Shown here: positions 1 to 12,179 of the stretch, piece after piece
Numbering within the stretch: the first letter of the stretch is position 1
How the letters are laid out: each line of letters opens with the position of its first letter
Source of the DNA: Epiperipatus broadwayi
Lineage: Eukaryota > Animalia > Onychophora
NCBI GenBank assembly: GCA_028023455.1
Contig: JAQFVV010000001.1
Coordinates: forward strand, 1,612,001 to 1,676,000
DNA: 64,000 nt
Direction: 5' to 3'
Translations under genes and position numbers: made by a program
The notes under the pieces: generated by a model
What the model saw: the letters and a program-made list of their open reading frames with translations, nothing else
Database searches by the model: none
Told to the model about the DNA's origin: nothing

Positions 1-9
1 TTGTCACAA

Positions 10-930
10 GAACATCTTCTTTTGCTCTGATCAAAGAAGTTAGTTCAGAAACTAGCAATTTCAAAAAAGAAAGACCTATATAGAACAAACTTTTATGAAA
101 AACAGTTATTCATCAAATATTATTAAGAAAACCTTAAATAGACAACAAAAAGAACCATCAAAAGAAAAAACAACTATTGGTACTGTATTGTACCAAAAAA
201 TAGCAGACAAATTAAAGAAAATCTGCAATCAGTATAACATTAAAACTTTCAGAGCCATACCACACTGCAAAAAATTCTAACATCTACAAAGCCTAAACTT
301 GAAATGCTAAAAAAAAAAACTGCATCTATGAAATATCATGTGAATATGGAAGAGCATATCTTGGTGAAATCAGTTATCCCATTGAAAAACAGTTGCAAGA
401 ACACAAACTAATGATTAAAAAATATATAACAAATATATCTAAGGTAACAGAAAATAAAAAAATATTGGATGGAGAAGAAAAGATAAGAAGAAAATTTAAA
501 GAATTTGTTTACATGATAATTGTGAAAACCCCAAAAGTCAACCTACTGTGACTATACACAATATATGGAAACTACTAATCAGCTTTGCTCTTAGGAAAAA
601 GTTGAGAAATCGGGAGGGACCTCATAGGTAAGTATATGAAATTTTTACTAATGGTTGCCTTTGGCAGGATGGCTCAGTTGGTTAGAGTGTTACCTTAAAA
701 TCCAATAATCAAGAATTTAAGAATCCAGGTTTAATTCCCATGGCTGAACAGGCCAGAAATACCTGAAAAAAAGGTGAGAATAATATATCTTGATATATTG
801 TGCATATACTAACCTGCATGCTATTACTAATAGCTGAATGTATTTGGAATATTTAAATAAAGTGAAATTTTTCTAAAAACATTAAATACTTATGTTAGAT
901 AATGGAAATAATTTAATATATAAATGCAAC
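10..930 (+). mobile_element. 5' partial copy of a Penelope-like element (EN region plus pseudo-LTR), tandemly preceding the longer copy
   Basis: 31-~890 aligns with 2620-3530 (e.g. gaacaaacttttatgaaaaa / gaacaaactcttatgaaaaa; ctttgctcttaggaaaaa; gaatgtatttggaatatttaaataaag). It carries a degenerate GIY-YIG coding segment around 320-410. Partial tandem repeats are the established PLE architecture. Confidence 0.85.
663..742 (+). other. tRNA-derived segment (A box/B box) inside the first PLE pseudo-LTR
   Basis: GGCAGGATGGCTCAGTTGGTTAGAG (D-arm/A-box-like) ... CAGGTTTAATTCCC (T-arm/B-box-like), with an extra AT-rich insert between them. Confidence 0.65.
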
Positions 931-979
931 TAAAACACCATCATCACGAACCTTCAGGAAAACACTGAGTATTTGGTAT

Positions 980-3190
980 CAACCCATCAAACTTCATTAT
1001 GAAAAATTATGTCTAAAGTTGATCAAAGTAGAAAATCACTTAACTTTCTTATGTAAATGTAAATCTGAAGGCAAAATTCCTACAGGCTTGCAACTAAAAT
1101 CTTTAATTCACTCCCAGAGAGCTGAGAAAAATATTCAGAGAGCAAGTGAAGCTCTGTTTAGAGAAAGAATAAATGCTCAAAGGTTTTTCAAGCATCAAAC
1201 CTTACAATCCATTAATAATATAGAATGTTTTCTAAAAAATAAACTTATTAATGAAGACTTCACAAGAGTTTCTCAATCAGTAAGAAAATCATATTCTATA
1301 TTATATGGAAAAATGAAAGAATACCAAAAGAAAAAACTTGCAAACCTACAAGGACATATCAAAAGTCATAATATATCAAGCAGTGTACCAGCTTCATCTG
1401 TTAAAATTTCAATTCTAAACATCTATCAGATGCTGAAATTTCCGTTCTTGAAAAAGGATTAAACTTCACCATAATATAATATAATATAATGACAGCCATT
1501 GAGGAAATCACTCAAAAATTTCCCATAGAAAAAGCAGAAGAAAGAGCACTTGACAAGCAACAAAAATTGAAGTCAAACATATCCTTGTATGAGATGAAAG
1601 CAATTACATCTCTTAAAGTAGATAAATCTATAATTATTTTACCTTCTGACAAAGGCAATGCAACAGTTGTAATGGATTCAACTGATTATGACAGCAAACT
1701 ACAAGAACTCCTCACAGCAGGCCAACACATAAAAATTGGCAAAAAGTCTGATGATGAGTACAGAAACCAAGTTACAAGCTTTACTCAGAAAGCATCGCAG
1801 GTATTTCAGTGATTCAGAAAAAAGTAAACAGATATCATATTTGGCAAAATTTTTCATCTTTAATTAAAGGCTAACTAAAATCCATAGGAATCATATTCCA
1901 TCAAGACTTATTGTTAGTTTTAAAATATTTTTTTTCAAAGTTCTTAGTCTTTTGGCATACAAGACCCAGTTCTTTGTCAAGGATTCTAGACACTTTGTAG
2001 AATTAATCAAGAACATAAAAGTTGAAAGAACTAACTTACTGGTAAGATGTATTGTGGAAACTTTATTCACAAGGGTATCATGTGAAGAAGCATTGTCTAT
2101 TGTAAGGAGAATATTAAGAGGTGATAATAACTTAGAAAGCAGAACAACTCTTCTTATTAATAGTATAATGGAATTACTAACAATCTGCATAAAAACAATC
2201 TGCTTTCAATATAACATGAAATTCTTCCAACAAAATCAAGGAATGGTTATGGGGTCATCATTGTCACCCCTGATTAGCAATATTTACATGGAAAAACTTG
2301 ATCCAACAGCCATAAATACTACTTCATATCCACCTAAAGTATAGTTTTGTTATGTTGATGATACACTTGTTATATGGCCACATAGTTACAAACTTTCTGG
2401 AATCACATAAACAACATATCCCCTTCAATTAAATTCACAATAAAAACAGAACAAAAAAAAGTTGGCGTTCTTAGATGTTTTTGTAGCAAGACTCCCTCGT
2501 GACCAAATCAAAACTATAGTTTACAAAAAATTCACAAATACAGAAAAATATTTAGCCTATACATCCAATCATACCAGAAATATAAAACATGGAGTTACAT
2601 TCTCACTGTAGAACAGAGCAAAAGAAGTTTGTTCAGAAACCAGCGATTTGAAAAAAGAAAAAAATCTATATAGAACAAACTCTTATGAAAAATGATTATC
2701 CATCAGGTGTCATTAAGAAAACCTTAAATAGATAGCATAAAGAACCACTAATAGAAAAAACCATTATTAGTACTGTAGTGTACCCATACTTACCAAAAAC
2801 AGCAGGCAATCAGTATACTATGAGAACAGCTTTCCAGAGTCATATCACACTATGAGGACTTCTAACATCTAGAAAGCTAAACTTGAAATGCTGAAAAGGA
2901 AAAACTGCATCTATGAAATACCAAGTGAATGTGGCAGAATGTATATTGGTGAGACCAGTTGTTCCATTAAAAAATGCTTGCAAGAACACAAACTGATGAT
3001 TAGACAAGAGAAAACAAATGTGTCAAAGGTAGCAGATCATGTATGTACCAATGAACATATGTTTAATTGAGAAAATACCAAAATATTAGAGAAAAAACGA
3101 TACAAAAAAAGAAAATTTAAAGAACCTGCTCACATAATAATGGTGAACAATTCCATAGTGTGACAATACATAATGAATAGAAACTACTAA
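980..3190 (+). pseudogene. PLE reverse transcriptase / GIY-YIG endonuclease ORF, disrupted by stops and frameshifts
   Basis: The motifs listed above are spread over several frames with in-frame stops. Confidence 0.85.
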
Positions 3191-3265
3191 TCAACTTTGC
3201 TCTTAGGAAAAAGTGGACAGTAGGAACCTCATAAATAAGTATATCAAATTTCTACTGATGCCTTT

Positions 3266-3346
3266 GGCAGGATAGCTCAGTTGGTTAGAGCATTGTCTTA
3301 AAATTCAATATTTAAGAATCTAAGGATTCAGGTTTAATTCCCGTGC
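3266..3346 (+). other. tRNA-derived segment (A box/B box) inside the second PLE pseudo-LTR
   Basis: GGCAGGATAGCTCAGTTGGTTAGAGCATTG ... CAGGTTTAATTCCCG, at the same position as in the first pLTR. Confidence 0.65.
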
Positions 3347-3371
3347 AAGTACTATCACTGGTCAGTCAGCA

Positions 3372-3415
3372 ACACTTGAAAAAGAGGAAAGAGTAATACC
3401 TCTCAAAATATTGTG
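3372..3415 (+). ncRNA. Degenerate minimal hammerhead-like motif in the PLE pseudo-LTR (paralogue at ~759-802)
   Basis: acac-TTGAAAA-AGAGG-aaagagtaata-CCTCT-C-AAAA-TATT-GTG. The other copy keeps CTGA and GATA-TATT-GTG. A merged consensus CAC-CTGAAGA-stem II-GAAA-TATT-GTG is inferred; neither copy is intact. Confidence 0.35.
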
Positions 3416-3719
3416 CATATACTAACCTGTGTGAATGTATTTGGAATATTTAAATAAAGTTAAAATTTTCTAAAGACATTCATTACTTATATTAGATTAT
3501 GTAAATAGTTCAATATATAAATATTTAAAAACATTAATTAATTTAAATACTTTACTTCTTTCTTTTACATTTTCATATTATACCTTCCTATTTTCATAAT
3601 TTATTATATTATTTATCATCATTATTATTAATAATCTCTCATAAAGATTATCAAATCCACCATATCCTTTATTTTGCTGTAATGTCTTATATAAATGTAA
3701 TTCATACACTTTGCTTTGA

Positions 3720-4760
3720 ACAATACTGGAAGACAGGGAATACTGAAAAAAACTGGAAGAAAAAAAATACTGAAAAGGTTCAATAGAAATGGGCTGAAAA
3801 ATTCACTAGAACTTCACCAAGTAGTCTTACAATTTACAGATTTTATCAAATGAGATCCATTTGTAATGCACCAAAAAGTGATTGACCAATCAATGTTACT
3901 ATCCATGAAAATGAAATGCTAGTTGCACAGACATTTATGAAAAGTCCCCCCTCCCAATAAAGAGCTTCTATTGAAGTAGACATTTTCTGTAGATCTTTGG
4001 GTTATCTGAAGCAATATTTAGATTTAAAAAATGCATCAGCCAAGATTACTTCATGGATTATTAGAGGATGATCCAGATCACTGTTAACAATTCTATGAGG
4101 TATTTTGAATGAAAAAAACAAGGCAATAGCCTCATTCAAAAAATTTGTTGGTATAATGAAGCAAATTCTAAACTATTCTGCACTGTAAATAGGTATAACT
4201 TTGTTTATTATTCAATTTAAAACCCCTATGTAACCATTGAAGAACAGTTGAATCAATTTGGTTTCACAGATTAGATCAATCTTTCATATAAGTGGATTGG
4301 ACCTCTCTTTTCAATAAAATTGTTACCCACATTCTGTATCTTAAAGTGTTGTGGGACATTATTATTTCCCAATTGCAGCTACAGCATGATAATGAATCCT
4401 TCTACTTGCAGCTAGATGGAACTCCCTCTCTGCTGTAACAGTGTATGAGTTTCTTGACAAAGAATTAACCCATAAATGGATAGGTCAATGAGGGCCATTT
4501 GAACGGCCACCACTAATACCAGACTTGCATTTCAATCGATTTCTTTTTTTGGGATATTGTCAAAGCTGAAGTATTTTCAAGAAAACCATGCACTATTGAT
4601 AATGTGTACATTCATAAGTGAAGCATATCAAGAAATTAATAATGGCAAAAACTTCTACGTCAAGGTATGCTTGTTTATAGAAACTACAATTAAGGAATAT
4701 GTAAATGCTGAAGGCCAGCAATGGTATACACACACAATCTTTGTTTTGACTGTCCTGCAA
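3720..4760 (+). mobile_element. Tc1/mariner-superfamily transposase remnant
   Basis: Degenerate translation FYLQLDGTP ... KWIGQ*GPFERPPLIPDL/IDFFFWDIVKAEVF ... EGQQW matches the QQDGAP...WPPRSPDLTPLDFFLWG..K pattern. An HTH-like region lies at ~3780-3950. TIRs were not identified. Confidence 0.75.
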
Positions 4761-4820
4761 TCTTTTGAGAGCCACTCCTATTTTAATTTCTTAAAACTTA
4801 AAAAAACACATTTATATTCA

Positions 4821-4853
4821 GATTTGCTATCTTAATATAAACTGATCATTGAT

Positions 4854-4891
<38 letters not shown>

Positions 4892-5095
4892 GGAGATAAT
4901 GATCTGAACCAACTGATGAGTAAGCATGAAATACGTATCTTGGAAATTATTTATCTTTTCACATATGTATGCTCATGTGCATCAGTTGCATGGGATAGAA
5001 TGGATAGCTGAAGAAAACTTGAAAGTCTGGGTTCAAATCCCCTATATTTTACATATAAACTCTAGGAATATAAAATTTACCTGTATTTAAATATT
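4821..5095 (+). mobile_element. HHR-bearing short repeat family (family H), copy 1
   Basis: Shares tttgctatcttaatataaactga...gggagat..gatctg.accaactgatgag...gaaatacgtat.ttgg...tgaaagtctgggttcaaatccc with the other copies. HHR core at 4909-4943, with stem II partly deleted. Confidence 0.75.
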
Positions 5096-5229
5096 ATAGA
5101 TTCAGCCATATTCTGCCCATCCCTCTTCTGTGTATTTAAATTAACGAGGTCCTATACATGAGGGGTCAGAGTGACTTAAAGTCAACATGGGCATGGCAAT
5201 AATAGTGATATCATCAAGGTGATTTTGGT

Positions 5230-5560
5230 GAACCATCATCAGACTTTCAATGGTATGAATGGCTGAAGAGTTGAAGGGTGAAATAGATTGAAGCCTGTCC
5301 ATAAAAGTTTAAAGATTTGCTATCTTAATATAAATTGAGCACTGATTATATATGTGTGTGGAGGAGATGATCTGGTCCAACTGATGAGTGCTGGTTCACC
5401 ATTAAATACATATATTGGAGATCATTTATCTTTTTACATGTGTGTTGTCATGTTTATATCAGTTGTATGGAATGGATTGCATAGCTAAAGAGATCTTGAA
5501 AGTCTGTATTCAAATCTCCTATATTTATATTTAAATTCCAGAGATATAAAATACAACGAT
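5230..5560 (+). mobile_element. Family H copy 2 (direct tandem partner of copy 1)
   Basis: Core at 5377-5418: CCAA-CTGATGA-GTGCTGGTTCACCAT-TAAA-TACATA-TA-TTGG (GAAA mutated). B-box-like gtattcaaatctc at ~5506. Confidence 0.75.
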
Positions 5561-6224
5561 ATTTAAATATTTTAGCAAATCTGTAGATCTTATCCTTTTC
5601 ATTCTCTAGCACAAAGATAATGTACCTATGTTACAATGATAAGGATCTATATCTAATGCTTTCAGAAAATAAATTTGGCAGAATAACAGTCCTATATATA
5701 AGTGAAATGGTTATATCAGTGAAATGAAATGCCTTTTTTTTTTTAAATGCAACAGCAACAAATTTAGATTTGTGCTGCACCTCATTATCCAAGTTTATTA
5801 AAAAGCTATCAAAATATAGATTTATGTTCTCAAAGTGATAATTTTTCAGCTAATAGTTTTTCAATATTTTTTTTTTACATTACTGATTAATAAAGAACTT
5901 GAGTTTTTGAAAATTAATTACTAAACCAAAAATTTTATAGGTTGAATATAAAACATTAAGAATATTTTGTAAATCATCTTTTGAATTATCATGTAAATCA
6001 AAAAATCAAGTAAATGTTTTTCCTTTGCTTTTAATCATTTGAATTAAAAACTTTACCATAAAATCTACATCACAAATTCAAGACTACTTAACACAAGTTT
6101 TCATCTTAAATGCTTCAAATTTTTTTATCAGCTATAATATTTTTTATCATACATCGATAATAAAAAGACTCTTCAGCCATCCATACCAACAATATTGGCA
6201 TCAGCATGGGATTTGGAAATTCTA

Positions 6225-6315
6225 TTATCAGATTTTCAATGGTATGGATGGTTGAATCCTGTCCATTAAAGTGTAAGGATTTGCTATCTTAATATAGACT
6301 GAATACTGATTATAC

Positions 6316-6375
<60 letters not shown>

Positions 6376-6560
6376 GAGATGGCAATCTGGACCAACTGAT
6401 TCTGGTTTAGTACAAAATACGGATATTGGTGATTATTTACTTGTCTGCATGTGTGTGGTCATGTGTACCAGTTGTATGAGATAGTGTGGGTAGTAAAAGG
6501 ACTTGAAAGTCTGAATTCAAATCCCCTATATTTATAATTAGGCTCCAAGTTTAAGAATGC
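6225..6560 (+). mobile_element. Family H copy 3, with an expanded internal (TA)n
   Basis: Degenerate core at 6392-6429; tgaaagtctgaattcaaatcccc at ~6504; (TA)n at ~6318-6372. Confidence 0.7.
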
Positions 6561-6929
6561 CTGGTATTTCAAATCTTGATAATAAAAAGTTAATTTCAAA
6601 CATTGGTACAAACCTTTTGAATTAATGTGTCAAATATCTTTTCTTACTTCAAGCCAATGTCATGAATTAGGAAGATTTAACTAGCAATAGTAGCAAAGTA
6701 GTAAGATATTTGGAAATCAAGTTTGAAATATATAATTAATGTTTAATGAACATGTGAATTGTACATAAATTAAAATGTTAAGAAATCAAAAAATTATAGA
6801 AACAATTTCCTGAGTTCTCAAGTAATTGTATATAAATTCATTTAGGAATACAAATACTAACCAAAAGTGGATTTGACTTTTGAGTTAAAAAATAATTTGA
6901 TAATAAACTCTTATTTCTGCCTCTTTGGT

Positions 6930-9470
6930 GTTTCAATGATGACAGTCAGAGACTGGAAATTGATAGCAGCAAATTGGATGAAATCCCAATATTAATGAAA
7001 ATGAATTTAAAGACAAAAGATTAATAGTATAAAAAGAAGGGGAAAGTTGTACCTGTAGAATTAAATCTCAAGGTCTGAAATTACCATTATATATAGTACA
7101 AGATGGTCTAAATCCCATTATAGATAGGGACTGGCTCAATGCTCTAGGAAACAAACATGTATGTTGAATAAGATTGCCATTGAACAAGAAACAAGAATAA
7201 AGACTTGCATATTATCATTTCACCAGTAGACATAGCTTTGCAGGATAGAGCAACCCCTATAGTTTGTTGGCTGTAGAGGCTTCCATTCATACTGCAAACA
7301 AATATTGAGGAAAAATTAAATAATTTATTTAGTAAAGGAGTTCTGATATCAGTAAAAAGTGCTGAATGAGCTACTCCAGTGGTAGTAATAACTAAAGTAA
7401 ACTGTGCAAGTCCTATTTGTGAAAAACTTTCCAAAAAATCAGCTTCCGGTGCCTAATATCAGAGAAATATTAGCTAACATGGAATAGACATCATTATTCT
7501 AAAATCTAAATGACTGTTTTTCCAAATGATATTCTGAATTTCTAATGATCACATTCAAGGGGTTGTTTACTTACAGTAGATTAGTGGCAACTAATATTTT
7601 TCAAGCCAAGATGGATATGTTGTTTCAACAGATAGTTGAGTAATATCACCACAATATTTTAATAGTTATGGACTCTGAAGAGAAATTGTGACAGCATCTT
7701 TTAAAAGTTTACAACAAACTAGCAAATTTTGCAACAAGAATAAATTTTGAGAAAAGCATCTAGGTTGCAATTGAAATAAAGTTCTTGAAACATATAATAT
7801 CTAGTAAAAAAAGGAAGCATGATTTGCAAAAAGTAGCAATTGTAAAAGGTGACCCAGGCTGAAAAATATGAAGGAATTAGAGGCTTTTTAAATCTAGTTA
7901 ATTATTTTGAAATGTTTCTAAAAGGTAAACTTATTAAGAAAGGACCAGAAATGATACTGGGATCAAGAATAAGAAAAAGCTTTCAATGAAACAAAAGATA
8001 TGCTGTAATTGAACAATTTCTTAGTGCATTGTGAAAGTAATCTTGGATTAATATTAACTATGTACACATCAGATTTTGGGATTAGGGCAGTTTTAAGTCA
8101 CACTGTAGTTAATGGTTAATGACCAATTATATGCAACAAGAATTCTAACCAGAGTGGAATGAAATTACATCCAATTAGATAAAGAAGCACTAGCTGTTAT
8201 GATTGTGGTAAAATATTTCACCAATACTTGTATAAGGTATCATTCTAAGTTAATATTGATTACAAGCCACTATTGGGAATTTGAGCTAAGAATAAGATAG
8301 CTAATCTCCAGAATGGTTTGTTGGCTAAATTTATTAACAGGATACAAATTTTGAATTATATTTTAAAAAAGGGAATGCAATTCAACATGCTAATGCACTT
8401 TTAAGAGTATCAATTAAGTCAGAACCAGATGCAACTGAATCAACAATTAACAATATAGATGGGTAGAAAACTGGAATAGTAGGCATAAAAAGTAGGAGGT
8501 TTGATGAAGGCTCATAAGGAAGTCAATTGCTAGCCAAATGAATCAGAAGAGGTTGGCCTAGCTTTCAATCCAAACTGTTCCATTAATTTATGTGAATGTT
8601 AAAAATAAATTATCTATAAATAAAGGATATGTATTTGTGGAAGATAAAGTGCTAATACTGATAACTAGTTGGCAATAGTTTTTACAATTGTTTCACCAAG
8701 ATTATCCTGGCATTGTAGGAACTATATGTGATTGCCTAGTATAAATAGACAGAAGAATTTATAAAAACTTATAATAAATATCAAGTGACAGTAAATGTAT
8801 CAGAAAAAATATATAGCATGGTCATCAGTCATAAAACCTTGGACTCATGTTCATATTAACCATACTAGACCTTTTCATGGATATATTTTCCTAATAGTAA
8901 TTGATGCATATTCAAAATGTATTGAATATAGGATATGAAAAACACCAGTTCAGATGAAGCAATAGAGAAACCTATTTGTGCTTTTCATGGATTTCCTATG
9001 ACGCTCATATCAGATAATGGCACTAGCTTCACATCTAACAAATTCGAGGAATTTTCTTAAAGAATGGAGGATTAGTCACATCATGCTTTTATATCAACTG
9101 GAGTTGAATGGCATTTCTGAAAAGACAGTACCAATGTTAAAATGAATACTAAGAAAGTAAGGGTTTGTAAATATTCAAGAAATGTTATATATAGCCCTCC
9201 TATATCAGTATAGTATGCCTTCAATTAGTACTGATAACCTCCCAATTGAGATGATTACATTAATTTACCCAGAAGAGAATTCTCAATTAGAATCAAACTA
9301 CACTGTGGAAAATTGCTATGTTGTTGGAGAAAATGTGTGGATTAGAGACTTCATTAAAATATACTAGATAAAAGGGAATTAAAAATCACCTATCTAAAAA
9401 AATTGTCATCTTTAAAAACAAAACTGAAAGAATTAGTAAAAAACACATTAACCATATTAGGTGAATTTAA
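6930..9470 (+). mobile_element. Ty3/Gypsy LTR-retrotransposon pol remnant (protease end, RT, RNase H, integrase), heavily degenerate
   Basis: RT GVLISVKSAE*ATPVVVITK from 7337; RNase H YATRILTRVE*NYIQLDKEALAVM at ~8130; integrase KPWTHVHINHTRPFHGYIFLIVIDAYSK at ~8835 and FPMTLISDNGTSFTS at ~8990. The order RT-RH-IN is Gypsy-type. LTRs were not found. Confidence 0.85.
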
Positions 9471-9504
9471 AAAAATATCATTCAAATGGGAAATATCAAT
9501 GTAC

Positions 9505-9720
9505 CTGATATTAGATCACCAAGTCCAAACAATCTTGAGAAATACAAAATAATGGAAATAGAAGAAAAGCACAATGAAGAAAAAAATAATATGAAGGAAA
9601 ATAATCCAACCAGACAGAAAATACTAATTATTTGATATTAGATCACCAAGTTCAAACAACATTGAGAAAGATAAAATAATGGAAGTAGAAGAAGAGCACA
9701 ATGAATAAAAGAATAGTACA
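9505..9720 (+). repeat. Imperfect direct duplication (period ~130 bp) downstream of the Gypsy integrase
   Basis: tgatattagatcaccaagt(c/t)caaacaa...gcacaatgaa occurs at ~9506 and ~9634. Confidence 0.8.
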
Positions 9721-12000
9721 AATAAAAATAATTCACAATTATGCAGTTCTCAAAAAAAATAGAAAGAAGTTAGACTATTTAAAAGATTATACTAAACTTC
9801 AAAAACTCTAATTTCTGGAATGAAGAGGTTATACTATGTTTGGACTAGAGTAAAAGTAATGTTGTAATTGAGTTTAAATAATGTTATAATTGAGTTAAAT
9901 AATTTTAATATGTTATATATTATTATTGGTTTAGGAAAACTATATATGAAACAAGTTTGTGCCTTAATTAAAATAATTGTTCTAGTTATAAAAATCAAAA
10001 CTACCATTGAATAATAATTATTTAGATTTGTAATATAATTAATTAGATTAGTAATTAGATTCTAAATTTTTCTTGGTAATGAAAAGTAATTAAAGGATTA
10101 TAGCATGGGTACTTAGACTGGTTCTGGAATAGAATAAAAGCCAACTTGAATGGAAAAACATATATGCACACACTCACATTGTAGAAGTTGCTACAGATAT
10201 AAAGTAAATATGAACCAAAAGAAAGATAAAGTACCCAATGAACTTCCACCACTGAAGGTGTCAAATTGGTCCAAGGGCTTTTGCAGGCCACACCAGCCTT
10301 ATTATCTTGTAAGTCCTATGGTTGTGTGCATGTAAGTACTAGCTTTTGTAGAACCTTAATTTGAACTTTTTATACATTGTTATATAGCTGGCTTAAAACT
10401 GATCACTCATTTGCCTCAGAGGCCATAACTTAACATTGGCTTAATACTTCATCTGATTTAATACAACCACTGGTAATAACTTTTTAAAACTCTGGTAAAG
10501 ACTTTTTAAAAAACTAGAACTATTTAAGTCTGAGTGCATCTTTTGTAGTGATCTATTTTAAAAACAAAATATAATGGATCTGCAATATCTACTATAATTT
10601 GTTTCCAAGTCTTCCTCAACAACATCATATATTACATATACTGTAATAGACCATATTTTGTTGATAAAGTTTGATCACAATAAAGAATTTATGGTTTATT
10701 GAACTTCAGTTGTACAATATTTTTCAACACATTTGTACAACCATATGCTTTTTTATATGTATGGTGTTCACATATAAATTAAGATTATGGTATAAACAAA
10801 ATTGAAAAAAATAAGAAAAATGTAGTTATTACTAATAAAATTGAGAAAGTACTTTTACATATGTATTTGTTGTATATGTGTACACTCATCACATTCATTT
10901 AAAAAATACAAATTTTACTATATTGTTCTTTATTTTTTTTAAATAAAATGAATAGCAAAGTGTAAGATTTTCATTACAAATAAATATGCTCTCTGTTCTT
11001 TTTTGAATAACTTTTCTTTTAACATAATATTCAATCTTGAACAAACAATGGTCTTTCTAGTTATTTTGATATTTTTAAGATTGTATCAGCTTTGGAGTTT
11101 GTACAGTCATTCTTAAATGCCACTATACATTTCAAATAAGTTAAAGGTTTCTGACACAATACAAGAAGGTTAACAGTTCTTAATTTTTGCCACTTTTAAA
11201 GAGATCATTTTTATTATACAACGAAGATATTTAATAAACTTTTTTTTTAATTTTATAAAACTTTTAACTTTATGATTAAGAAACATTTAATCATGTGAAA
11301 TACTATACCATACCAGAATAAAAAATAAAATGCATGTGCTTTCAATATTAGTCCAAAAAAATGTTATTAGTAAACATGATCATACAGTGCTCTGATATTA
11401 AAAAATAATTGCCACCATATTGAAAAATATTAAATTTATTAATTTTAATGTTTTTATTCACATTTTTTGGTAGTTATAAATGGAATAATATATATTGATT
11501 CAATGCATATCATGACTTTAGAGTAATTGACTTGTCAATAATAACAAACCTCAAGATGACAGGCTTGTTATCAAAACAAATTAATGTCACTCTTCAATCA
11601 TAGCTTCTTAGAGCATTTAATAAAGACAAGTAATTATTAAGGTTGACAAAAAAATTTTCTAATAATTAATTTTCGTTAATTGAAAATATACTTAACAGAA
11701 AATGCACAAAGTAAATGTATTGTAAAATTGATATTTAAAAAAATCAAAATTAAAAAAAAAAATCATTTATTCAATTTTTTCTTTTAGATTTAAAAAAATG
11801 AAAATGTTACAATTTTAATTAATGTTTATAGAAGTTTTTAATGAATTTATAATCATTAGATTTGTCTGTGTACTATCATATATATATAACAACCTGCTAT
11901 TTTTATAAGATAGAATTTTAATTTGTTAATATCAATAAATATTTAAACATCACATGATCATTATCTCCCATGCTTGCTCATAACTGTTGTTAAAATAGAC

Positions 12001-12098
12001 AAAACTCTCTCCGTACTGTAGGGCCACTCAAAGCAAGACTTATGGCATCCACTGATTACTCTGACTTGCTTTGAGTGGCACTACTGTATGGAGTTTTT
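12001..12098. repeat. Small hairpin/MITE-like element (related sequence at ~37686-37870 and its mirror)
   Basis: GCCACTCAAAGCAAG (12023-12037) pairs with CTTGCTTTGAGTGGC (12065-12079). The segment ggcatcca.tgattactctg.cttgc..tgagtggca recurs at ~37690. Confidence 0.7.
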
Positions 12099-12179
12099 TT
12101 TATCAATAAATATTATTGGCTATGTATGTGTGTGTATATATGAAAAACATAAAGCTAAACTATTCAATAAAATAATGCA

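Larger units (their letters stand above)
931..3530 (+). mobile_element. Penelope-like retroelement, degenerate near-full copy with 3' pseudo-LTR
   Basis: Fragmented ORFs give the PLE N-terminus (HLTFLCKCK..IPTGLQLK, 1019-1462), pre-RT ILPSDKGNATVVMD (1489-1812), RT GMVMGSSLSPLISNIYME (1952-2344) followed by YVDD at ~2350, and GIY-YIG NCIYEIPSECGRMYIGET (2888-3070). Confidence 0.9.

Noticed and set aside
663-742. Functional tRNA gene (also 3266-3346)
   Set aside because: The acceptor and anticodon stems do not pair and the B box is mutated; treated as tRNA-derived only.
6590-10050. LTR pair for the Gypsy remnant
   Set aside because: No convincing direct repeats, PBS or TG...CA ends could be matched by eye.
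10090-10335. Host exon or integrase zinc-finger remnant (HCRSC..., followed by GTAAGT)
   Set aside because: Ambiguous; neither a splice acceptor nor sufficient homology could be established.
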